Source of the DNA: Nanobdellati archaeon
Lineage (GTDB): Archaea; EX4484-52; WAPT01
Direction of reading: 5' to 3'
Assembly: GCA_027038505.1 (NCBI GenBank)
Contig: JALVWC010000008.1
Location: 1 to 57,319 of the forward strand
DNA: 57,319 nucleotides
Shown: piece after piece, positions 1-8,061 of the stretch
How positions within the stretch are numbered: position 1 is the first letter of the stretch
Layout of the letters: each line of letters opens with the position of its first letter
The notes under the pieces: generated by a model
Seen by the model: only the letters and a program-made list of their open reading frames with translations
What the model was told of the DNA's origin: nothing
Databases searched by the model: none
Program-made: the position numbers and the translations under genes

Positions 1-245
1 GGATCGGGATGGTCGATGTTTGAGACGATTTGATAGACTTTCTCGGCTAATTCATCGTTAAGCCAAGGATTTATTCTTTTTATAGCTGAGATGAAACGCT
101 TTTTGAGGATAACATCTCTATATGATTCCCTTTCTTTCTCATCGAGAGTTAGATTAGAACCGTGAACATGTTGATAACCCAAGCTCTTGAGAACATTTAT
201 CGCGTGATTTTCGACCATGTATTCTTCGGTTAGCTGTGCACTCAT
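1..245 (-). CDS. hsdR: Type I restriction enzyme R subunit, N-terminal 81 codons only (continues past window start)
   Basis: Not in the ORF track. My reverse-complement translation from ATG 245..243 gives MSAQLTEEYMVENHAINVLKSLGYQHVHGSNLTLDEKERESYRDVILKKRFISAIKRINPWLNDELAEKVYQIVSNIDHPD. This matches the usual HsdR N-terminus pattern (LGY, ERESY, RINPWL). ATGA start/stop overlap with the upstream gene; hsdM/hsdS context. Confidence 0.75.
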   Translation of the reverse strand, partial: MSAQLTEEYMVENHAINVLKSLGYQHVHGSNLTLDEKERESYRDVILKKRFISAIKRINPWLNDELAEKVYQIVSNIDHPD

Positions 246-733
246 ATTGGATCACTTTTTTCTTTAATTTCGTGTCTTATCAGTCTATATACTCTTACTA
301 GAGATATTATGACATTTACAATCAAGAATCCAACTGAATAAAATAATAAAAACTTGAGAATTGTTGAAACGGAGTCGAGATTTGATAAAATTAAACTTAA
401 TATCAGTATGAAAATAGCAATTAGTGTTGTCATAGAAATTGTTGAGTTTATGTGTTCAAGGTATTCGATTTTCGTTCTTTGATTACTCTCTGTTCTTTCT
501 AAGCTATAGTAAACAACCATCATAAGATTCAAAAGTAAAGGTATCAGTATGGCAGATACATTAATAAAATTGTTATAAAACCCTGATTCATCTTTTATAG
601 TAAGGATGAAAAGGAAAGATAAGGCAAATGGAATTATGACTAAAGTGATAATAAACGGTATGAGTTCAAAGTCCTTTTTCATGTGTTTGTAGTAATCATA
701 TATGATTTCAAAGAAGTTGATTGGAGCGTACAT
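242..733 (-). CDS. Small integral membrane protein, 163 aa, four predicted TM helices, no recognised family
   Basis: Four hydrophobic stretches of 20-23 aa: LIPFIITLVIIPFALSFLFILTI, INVSAILIPLLLNLMMVVYYSL, ISMTTLIAIFILILSLILSNL, ILKFLLFYSVGFLIVNVIISLV. ATGA overlaps at both ends (731..735 and 242..245), so it is translationally coupled inside the hsd operon. Confidence 0.7.
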   Translation of the reverse strand: MYAPINFFEIIYDYYKHMKKDFELIPFIITLVIIPFALSFLFILTIKDESGFYNNFINVSAILIPLLLNLMMVVYYSLERTESNQRTKIEYLEHINSTISMTTLIAIFILILSLILSNLDSVSTILKFLLFYSVGFLIVNVIISLVRVYRLIRHEIKEKSDPI

Positions 734-1538
734 CAGTCTCCTCCAATATCTCTTATCTCTTTTAATAATTGCTCAGCTTCATATTTTATGTTGTTCACGT
801 TCTCTACTTCCACCCAAGTTCGAAGTTTTCCCTTAGTAATATTAATGGTACGTTGACTTCTACCAACTTTCACAACGATACTGATCTCCTCATTTTCATC
901 ATAGATACACCCAATATCGCTTAAATTATTGTTTTCAAATGCCTGCTTTATTTTATTTGCTAATTGTAAAAACCTGTTTCTCTTTGATTTTATTGAAACT
1001 TCTACATACATCTCATCTTCATTTTCAATTTCCACTTTCTCTAATCTCCTATCCACATCTGTTGGCTTTTTTGGTATTTTTATCTTAAATTCCATTATCG
1101 GGTTATTCAACAACCCTTTTAATCCAAGAATTACAGGTTCTATTTTAACATCTAAACCCCAATCTTTAAGTGCACATGAAAAAATTGATCTTACGCCAAT
1201 ATTGCCTATCCTTTGAAGTATAAGATACCCCCTTCTGGTGCTGTTGTCATACTCAATAAGGTAAAAATAATCATAAAGTGGTGATTCGTTTGGCTCAATT
1301 GTTTTAGTTATTTGTTGAGTGTCTACATTTACAACTGGACTTTTTGCACCATATCTGCCATATTGAATACAACCCCATGCCTTGTTATCTCGGATGTTTA
1401 CTGAGTTTAATATGAGAGTAGTTTGGTCTTGGTCGTCTATATATCCATTCCTTTGTTATTTTGTAAGAAATTTAAGAAGTCTTGCTCACTATCTCCAACA
1501 ATTTCAAATCTATATGGAGCCAAGAAGTTTCTTGGCAT
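733..1538 (-). pseudogene. Frameshifted orphan protein (~268 aa if repaired), no recognised family
   Basis: ATG at 1538..1536 lies 1 nt after the hsdS stop and opens MPRNFLAPYRFEIVGDSEQDFLNFLQNNKGMDI*, with the stop at 1439..1437. The -1 frame is open from 1455 to the stop at 733 with no ATG/GTG/TTG before 1113, and reads ..GYIDDQDQTTLILNSVNIRDNKAWGCIQYGRYGAKSP..LLNNPIMEFKIKIPKKP.. The track lists only its last 126 aa (733..1113). Confidence 0.6.
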
Positions 1539-1539
1539 C

Positions 1540-2784
1540 TTACAACCCCTCCACTCTCAGTCTGCCAAACACTAACTGAGGCAGTAGTGTATCCTGAATC
1601 TTTTTTAAAATTATTATTTCTTTCTGATTATTTATTATTTTCTTGAAGATAGGTTCGACGAGAAAATGGAAGCGTTGAAGGATCGATTGTGGTGGAAGCA
1701 GAATCTTAATACTTTCCAATTCAGGCTTTGTTATAGCATCAAAGGTAGTTCCTCTTTCAAAGGATTTTAAAATTTCATTATATGTCTTCAGATAAACATA
1801 TAAAAATGTCCAAAATTCACTTCTTAGGGCTGCTATGCCCCTTCCAATGACATATTCTCTATCTGCAATATTTAGCTCTCCCACGGGTGCTCTTACAGTT
1901 ACCAATATATCAAATGGTTTTGCCATCTTGCTAATTTGGGTGCTATATGTATCTGTATGTGGTGTATATTGTCCAAACTGCCCCTTTCCCTGAATAAATG
2001 GCAACCCTCTTCCTTCTTGGTTATAGTATTTAGAAGGTGGAGATTGCCCCATTATAACTTCAGCTATATTTTTTAACTCTCTGATTTCCCAACCCTTTGG
2101 AATCTCCATGTCCAGCTCCTCGTTATAAACGAACTCCTCATCTTGGAAAGGCTCAAAATCGATGAACCAGCTTTTGAATATCGCCATCGCCATCTTTTCC
2201 AGAATCTCGTTCTGCTTGCGTTTGTTCTCTATGAGGTCGTCGAACCATGAAAGAACGGTTGCGATGCGGGTTTGTTCTTCTGGGGGTGGGTAAGGGATTT
2301 CCAACTGTTCTAAAGCGTCTTTGGGCACACGTTGCCTCCCACTTGTACCAGTCATAGTATATTGCAATCCTTCTCTAATAACTGGAAACTTAAAAAAATA
2401 GAACAGGTAAAGTAAATCCACCATATCGTCTTTTGGAAGGATTGAAAAGACTTCAATCGTAGCTACCCACTTATAATTACTCTCTTTTGGAACAATACAG
2501 CTTTTTCCATGCTCAAACGATGGGGTTATCTTAGCTAATAGTAATGAACCTGAGAAAACCTCAATTCCGCTTTTTACTTCATTTGGATTCTTTACCTCAA
2601 ATTTTGGGTAAAGACCATCTTCAGGAATATTTTCCATGCTGATGAATGCGATTGGCTTTTTGTCAGTATTTCTTGGTTTTTTATTAATTTTAATAACCTT
2701 TCCGAGTTCCTTAGTCTCCCAATCCTTCGGCATCTCCCCAATCTCCGTTTCCCTGAACTCCATTTCCCATCTGAATTTGACCAT
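1540..2784 (-). CDS. hsdS: Type I restriction-modification specificity subunit (two target-recognition domains)
   Basis: 414 aa with two repeated halves. Conserved central helix EEQTRIATVLSWFDDLIENKRKQNEILEKMAMAIFKSWFIDFEPF and C-terminal helix IINNQKEIIILKKIQDTLLPQLV. GGAGGT SD 7 nt upstream of the ATG. Confidence 0.9.
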   Translation of the reverse strand: MVKFRWEMEFRETEIGEMPKDWETKELGKVIKINKKPRNTDKKPIAFISMENIPEDGLYPKFEVKNPNEVKSGIEVFSGSLLLAKITPSFEHGKSCIVPKESNYKWVATIEVFSILPKDDMVDLLYLFYFFKFPVIREGLQYTMTGTSGRQRVPKDALEQLEIPYPPPEEQTRIATVLSWFDDLIENKRKQNEILEKMAMAIFKSWFIDFEPFQDEEFVYNEELDMEIPKGWEIRELKNIAEVIMGQSPPSKYYNQEGRGLPFIQGKGQFGQYTPHTDTYSTQISKMAKPFDILVTVRAPVGELNIADREYVIGRGIAALRSEFWTFLYVYLKTYNEILKSFERGTTFDAITKPELESIKILLPPQSILQRFHFLVEPIFKKIINNQKEIIILKKIQDTLLPQLVFGRLRVEGL

Positions 2785-2797
2785 AAACCTCTACCTC

Positions 2798-3460
2798 CTA
2801 TGAGCGGTATATATTCAACGCTTTATCCGGTCTTATTATACGAATATTATATGCATCACGTAAAGCTTTGTTCAGCTTTGTAAGGTATCCATCCATCGTA
2901 ACAAAATAATCTGTGTCTTCAAATATCGCAGTAGTGAGAAGTAGTGCGTCCTGGGTTGTCAGTTCGGGATTGTAGAAAATTAAGGAAGAATATACCTCAA
3001 AGAAATCTGGAAATGCTGAAGGAGTGGCAGTTGGTATAATTCCTATAACTTCCGTCCTAAATAATACATCAAATCCTTCTAACGTAAGTTCATATATCCT
3101 CTTTCCAACTTTTTCTGGGATAGTTGCCTCTCGTGTTTCCCGTCGTGATATCCATCTCGAAAGAGGTATCCCTTTATTAAGCATAATTACCGTTCTAGCT
3201 TCTTCTCGAACTCCAGAGAAAATTTCACTCAGTGAAAACTCCACTACTACAACATCTTTATTCTCTCTTGGATTTGATAGAACATAGTCAATAAATCTAA
3301 CTGACTTTTCATATCTTTTATCATATACTCTCTTGAATTCAGGAGATAACTTCTGCTCGGTGATTATGTAACCTATTATCTTATGGGACATCAACCAATG
3401 AACTAAAACATTACTGTCTATGACAAATCTGGTCATTTCTCTTTTAGCTATCTCGCTCAC
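2798..3460 (-). CDS. PIN-domain protein (putative ribonuclease), 220 aa
   Basis: The acidic residues are spaced as in PIN domains: FVIDSNVLV, VVVEFSLSEI, TTQDALLLTTA, YFVTMDG. GTG start overlaps the stop of the upstream micro-ORF (GTGA at 3457..3460). An alternative start is M9. Confidence 0.7.
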   Translation of the reverse strand: MSEIAKREMTRFVIDSNVLVHWLMSHKIIGYIITEQKLSPEFKRVYDKRYEKSVRFIDYVLSNPRENKDVVVVEFSLSEIFSGVREEARTVIMLNKGIPLSRWISRRETREATIPEKVGKRIYELTLEGFDVLFRTEVIGIIPTATPSAFPDFFEVYSSLIFYNPELTTQDALLLTTAIFEDTDYFVTMDGYLTKLNKALRDAYNIRIIRPDKALNIYRS

Positions 3461-3603
3461 CCCTTCTTTTTCTTCTTATAGCTCCATAAACCCTTAATTT
3501 GACCTGCTCTACCATATTTTGTCGTTCTTTGTCGGATAGAATAATATTTTTTGGTTACCGGATTGTAGATTCTCTTTTTCTTGGATTTCTTTTTGGCAGT
3601 CAT
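3457..3603 (-). CDS. Unannotated 48-aa lysine-rich micro-protein, possible PIN partner
   Basis: Below the ORF-track size cutoff. My translation is MTAKKKSKKKRIYNPVTKKYYSIRQRTTKYGRAGQIKGLWSYKKKKKG*: 19 of 48 residues are K/R and none are D/E. GGTGA SD sits 6 nt upstream of ATG 3603. The stop overlaps the PIN start. Confidence 0.5.
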   Translation of the reverse strand: MTAKKKSKKKRIYNPVTKKYYSIRQRTTKYGRAGQIKGLWSYKKKKKG

Positions 3604-3668
3604 TTTAATTCACCAAATACAAAGTATATTCCCTAAAATCTGAGACTTTGATATTTTCTCATAATATA

Positions 3669-5303
3669 TCATGCCTCCAGCTTATATCCTATATCAACTC
3701 GTTTTTTAATCTCAGTTAATATAGCCCTCTTTCTCATTTTGATAAAGCATTCTATATCATCCCTTAAGAGACAATCAAGAGCTTCTTCGGGTATCAAGTG
3801 AGTCTTCAGAATTTCCTTAACTTTTTCTTTCCCCATACTTTCAATAAGTTCCTTAAAATACTTTGATGGTCTCTTAGAGGATTTCTTTTGATTTGTAGAT
3901 ATTAAGGTTTTTACAACAACTCGATTATCTTTGAACATTGATTTTGGGAAAATATGATCAATTTGAACTTTTTCTATTTCAAATTTTGGTGACTGTCCTG
4001 TTCGGAAGTCCAACGCTCCTTTCAGAGCTATCAAACATAACACTGCCTTGTGAATAGCTGAATAACTACTCTCGACATCTAAGTCCACTTCATTGATATT
4101 GAATTTTGTTATGAAGTTTGGTACTTTGCCATTCAAAATCCATTCTTTGAAATCTTTCAAATCCCTAAATGACTTAGTATCAACCGCTTGGTCATATCTC
4201 TTGGAGAATACTGACGCCCAATACCAGCGGTCTATTTTTTCATAGTTTTCTTTAGTGTCAAGACTATTCTTTTTCAGAAAGTGTATCATTGCAGCCATGG
4301 GGATCAGCATTGTAGTGTATGGCATCCATTTATCAAACTCTAAAACACCATAACTGTCTTTTGTTCGTCTGTATGCTAATTCTAACATTTTACATGCTGT
4401 TTCCCAGTCTCTCTCAAAATCTACTTGAGATAAATTAAGTACATTTGCACGTTTTGGTTCTATCCCCCGTATTAATGCTATTGTTTTGAGGATAAATTCC
4501 TCTTTGACGTACTTTATGAATTCATACTTGCCCTTTGATTGTTTAAGCAATTCTCTTAGTTTTATTCCATGATTATATAATCTTGCAGTTAACAAGTCAA
4601 ACAGAGAAAGTAGAAGCCCAGTTCTATTTATTCTCTCAAATGTTTCCACTATTTTCTCCAAGGGAGTATCCGCAGGCAAGGTGACTACATGAACCTTATA
4701 CCCCACAATTCTACTTGCAATCTTCATTATCTCACGGAATTTGGGGTGATCACTGAATTTTTCAATTATTACATCCAAATCTCGTAGGTCTGAAAAAGCG
4801 ATTATGTTCTCATCTTCTTCTAGCTTTTGAATTTCCTTTCTATAAAAAGTGCTCTTACTAATAACTGCATCTTCCCATTCTCCATTTAATGCTTTCTCAA
4901 TATCAAGGTAAAATCTGTGAGGGTGTCTTGATTCTCTTAATGGTATTTCTGGCTGGTAAAACGCATAAAAGAGAGAAGTTATTCTTTGCTGACCATCAAG
5001 TATAACTTTTACCACCGATTGTATTTTAGCCTGAGGATTGACTTCTTTAACCCCCTCTATAAGCCTTAATGCAAATGGTGCTTCATTAAGCGTTGGATCT
5101 TTGCTGTATGTGGTCTCTAACCATAGAATTGAGTCTATATAGTATCCCCCCACAATAGAAACTAATAATTCCCTAACATCTTCTGGATACCATACAAAGC
5201 TTCTTTGAAAATCTGGTATTACTATTTTTCCTGTATATACCTCCTTTAATAACTCTCGAAGCTCAATCTTGGCAGGATCCATATTCTCAACTCTCCAACC
5301 CAT
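3669..5303 (-). CDS. DUF262 (ParB-like NTPase/nuclease N-domain) plus DUF1524 (His-Me finger) protein, GmrSD-like type IV restriction family
   Basis: N-terminal IPDFQRSFVW and LDGQQRITSL motifs; C-terminal QIDHIFPKS. ATG 5303 overlaps the hsdM C-fragment by 17 nt. An alternative ATG at 5282 lies 4 nt after that stop, with GGAG upstream. Confidence 0.8.
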   Translation of the reverse strand: MGWRVENMDPAKIELRELLKEVYTGKIVIPDFQRSFVWYPEDVRELLVSIVGGYYIDSILWLETTYSKDPTLNEAPFALRLIEGVKEVNPQAKIQSVVKVILDGQQRITSLFYAFYQPEIPLRESRHPHRFYLDIEKALNGEWEDAVISKSTFYRKEIQKLEEDENIIAFSDLRDLDVIIEKFSDHPKFREIMKIASRIVGYKVHVVTLPADTPLEKIVETFERINRTGLLLSLFDLLTARLYNHGIKLRELLKQSKGKYEFIKYVKEEFILKTIALIRGIEPKRANVLNLSQVDFERDWETACKMLELAYRRTKDSYGVLEFDKWMPYTTMLIPMAAMIHFLKKNSLDTKENYEKIDRWYWASVFSKRYDQAVDTKSFRDLKDFKEWILNGKVPNFITKFNINEVDLDVESSYSAIHKAVLCLIALKGALDFRTGQSPKFEIEKVQIDHIFPKSMFKDNRVVVKTLISTNQKKSSKRPSKYFKELIESMGKEKVKEILKTHLIPEEALDCLLRDDIECFIKMRKRAILTEIKKRVDIGYKLEA

Positions 5304-6891
5304 ATCCTAATGTTTCAAAAATCTCTCTCACTTTTGCCGTGAGTTCTTTTTCCCGCTTCAAGAGCTCGGCTAATTCTTTACTGTATTTTCTCATCTTCTC
5401 TTCAAATGTCCTCTGATCATCTAACTCCAGCTTAACTCCGACATATCTTCCCGGTGTCAAAACGTAGTTATTCCTTGCTATCTCCTCTATTGTCGCAACC
5501 TTAGCAAACCCCACCTCATCTATCTTGTCAAGCTCTCCCTTCTCAAAAAGCCTGAACTCCTCAACTATTTTCGCTATATGCTCGTCAGTCATTACATTCT
5601 ACCTTCTTGAAATCGGTGTGTAAAGATCCTTGGCATTTACGAAAAGCACCTTCCCTTTCATGTATTCTGGCTTTTCCTTCCTAACGAACCAAAGAGAAAC
5701 TGGCAACGATACGTTGTAGAATAGCTTTGGTGGACAGGCAACAATTCCGTAAACGAGATCAGTCTTGACTATCGCTTCTCTTATCTCTCCCTCTACACCA
5801 CCAGCCGACAGTGCTCCATTTGCCATAACGAAGCCAGCTTTTCCATTCGGTGCTAAATGGTAAATGAAGTGAAGAATCCACATATAGTTTGCGTTGCTGT
5901 TTGGAGGGACAGGCACTCTAATTCCGTTTATCCTCAATCTTGGATCATCAGGATTAATCCTTTCAGCACCCCACTCGCTGTCGTTAAAAGGTGGATTGGA
6001 AGTTACATAATCAAACCTCATGTCGTGAAACTTGTCATCGTGATAGGAGTCGCCAACTTTTATATCTCCTTCAACTCCCCTAATGACAAGATTCATCCTC
6101 GTAAGCTTCCATGCCATCTGATCTGAATCCTGCCCATAAATCTGCAATTCAAATCTGTCAATTCCTTCCCTTTCAAGCTTTTCTATCGCTGAAACAAAGA
6201 AACCCCCACCCCCACATGCAGGATCGAACATCCTCCCTCCTTTAATGTCCAAGACCTCAACTATAAGCTTTGTAAGACAACGGGGTGTGTAAAACTTACC
6301 ACCCCTCTTCCCTTCAACCTCAGTAAACTTTCCTAAGAAATACTCGTAGATCCTGCCAAAGATGTCTCTCGCCTTGTGATCGTATCCGAAATCTATCTCC
6401 GAAAAGAGGTTGATTAGATAGGTTAAATCATAGTGGTCAAGGTTTGAATTTACATACTCCTTCGGTATCACACCCTGCAACTGCTTTGGATACTTATTTT
6501 CTAAGATTTCGATAGCATTTTCTATGATCTCCGCAATGTTTGGTTGATTCGCATTATTCTTCAGATAATCCCATCTTGCCTCCTCTGGAATGTAGAGAAC
6601 GCCAGCTTCGAGGTAATAGTCCTCGTCCTCTAAAGTAAGCTCCCTCAATTCTGTATCATCTATGTAATATGGGCTATTCTTATCGGAAAACAACCTTTTC
6701 AACTCGTTTCTTCTTTCGTAAAATGCGTAAGAGAGATAACGCAGGAAGATAAGGCCAAGAACTATGTATTTGTGCACTTCTACCTTTTTCCTTAGCTTGT
6801 CTGCCGCCTTCCAAAGCTGATTTTCAAAATCAGGTGTGAGTTCATGAAGTTTGGAGTTATCAGCATCCACGAAATTACTGACCTTTGTCAT
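5287..6891 (-). pseudogene. hsdM: Type I R-M N6-adenine DNA methyltransferase subunit, split by an in-frame TAG at 5599..5601 (430-aa plus 101-aa fragments)
   Basis: Motif I FDPACGGGGFF and motif IV TSNPPFN. Read-through gives ..DLYTPISRR*NVMTDEHIAKIVEEF..IEEIARNNYVLTPGRYV, a normal contiguous HsdM C-terminus in the same frame. Confidence 0.85.
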
Positions 6892-6924
6892 TAGTTATCA
6901 CCTCTATGTATTTGGAGATTTATT

Positions 6925-6945
6925 TATCGATATATATTTTTTGTT
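6925..6945 (-). promoter_or_regulatory. Candidate TATA/BRE promoter of the hsd operon
   Basis: Minus strand reads AAAAAATATATATCGATAAATA about 40-50 nt upstream of ATG 6891. GAGGTGAT SD at 6897..6904. Confidence 0.35.
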
Positions 6946-7097
6946 GATTCGCATTATCGTGTTTTGTTATCGAGAAATGTTGGCTTGATTATGCTGAGAA
7001 ATGCAAGTTTTGGAATTGTGAAACATGGTATAGAATAGGAAATACAAATTCTGCGGTCTAAGAAACAATATGGAATTAAAAGATCAAAAGTAAAAGG

Positions 7098-7622
7098 TTA
7101 ATTGTTTTTAAACTTCGCCTCTCCTTTTTTCTTCTTGGCATTCTTGCTCTTCTTTTCTTCCACGAATGGAGGTCTATCGAGATGGATAACATAATCTGCC
7201 GCATGCTGTAACGCTTTGGAAAAAGCGGGTTCCCTGCCTATGATTATCACTTCCTTGCCGTGTTCCTTTGCTTTGTGAACGAGAGGTAAAAAATCCGCAT
7301 CTCGTGTTGCTACAGCAATTATGTCTATGTCCTTTCTGTGCACAGCATCCATGCACTCAACCGCAAGATAAACATCAACATCAGCGGTCTCATCTTTTAT
7401 TTTGCTCATGCCGATGACGGGCTCGAAGCCCTCGTTAGCCACAGCTTCTATCAGCTTTTCTGGAGCATACTGGTTAAGAAAAGCCTTGGCTATAACCACC
7501 TTACCATACTTCTCAAGTTCATATTTCAGCTTCTGGAGGTTGACCTTGAATTCCTTGCGCAGAATGTTCGGGCCATCCATAAACACAGCTATTCTTTTTT
7601 TTCTCCGAAGAAACCTCATCAT
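7098..7622 (-). CDS. NYN-domain (LabA/DUF88-like) protein
   Basis: IAVFMDGPNI, DVDVYLAVECMD, IIAVATRDADFLPLVHKAKEHGKEVIIIG. I prefer ATG 7622, which has GGGTGGT SD 5 nt upstream, over the track start at 7655. Confidence 0.7.
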   Translation of the reverse strand: MMRFLRRKKRIAVFMDGPNILRKEFKVNLQKLKYELEKYGKVVIAKAFLNQYAPEKLIEAVANEGFEPVIGMSKIKDETADVDVYLAVECMDAVHRKDIDIIAVATRDADFLPLVHKAKEHGKEVIIIGREPAFSKALQHAADYVIHLDRPPFVEEKKSKNAKKKKGEAKFKNN

Positions 7623-8061
7623 AAATACCACCCGTAAATTCTGATTTCTCACCAATCTTTATAATTTTAGCAGGTTATATGAAAAGAGCTCTTACCGTTT
7701 ATGCTGCGCTCCTCTCAGCAAAGAACTTAATCCAATGTATGCTGCAGAAGGCCGCGGATCCAAGTATATAGATAATTTCCAAGAATTCCCCCGTATCTTT
7801 GAGAAATGGCAGATTCTTCATCAGTAGCTCTCCCTGTGGTTCAGATTGTTACGATTTTGGATGTGTGGCTGGTGGAATCCATAACTCTGTCTTTTGCGTT
7901 CTCTGGCAAATCATTGAATTCGTATCATTATGCTTTCCTGTTGCGAGGTCCATCGCATTCCCTTTATTCTTCACTCAACTCCGCAGCTTTCTGTTCGTTT
8001 TCCTGCAGTCCGGATGCAAGATCACAGAACTCCTGCAGGGTTCCCAGGATCTCCGCGCATT

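Noticed and set aside
1437-1455. Programmed -1 ribosomal frameshift joining the two frames of the hsdS-proximal orphan.
   Set aside because: The 19-nt overlap (CAAAATAACAAAGGAATGG..) has no X_XXY_YYZ slippery heptamer, and I could see no obvious downstream stem.
5599-5601. The in-frame TAG in hsdM read as pyrrolysine or programmed read-through.
   Set aside because: No Pyl machinery is visible, and the inferred lineage is not among the known Pyl-decoding archaea. The aligned position in HsdM is an ordinary K/Q-type residue, so a point nonsense mutation is the simpler reading.
7699-7821. A 40-codon minus-strand ORF (MKNLPFLKDTGEFLEIIYILGSAAFCSIHWIKFFAERSAA) in the NYN-upstream spacer.
   Set aside because: It has only a weak GGGAG upstream and no recognisable family. 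It is short enough to arise by chance in a 406-bp spacer.
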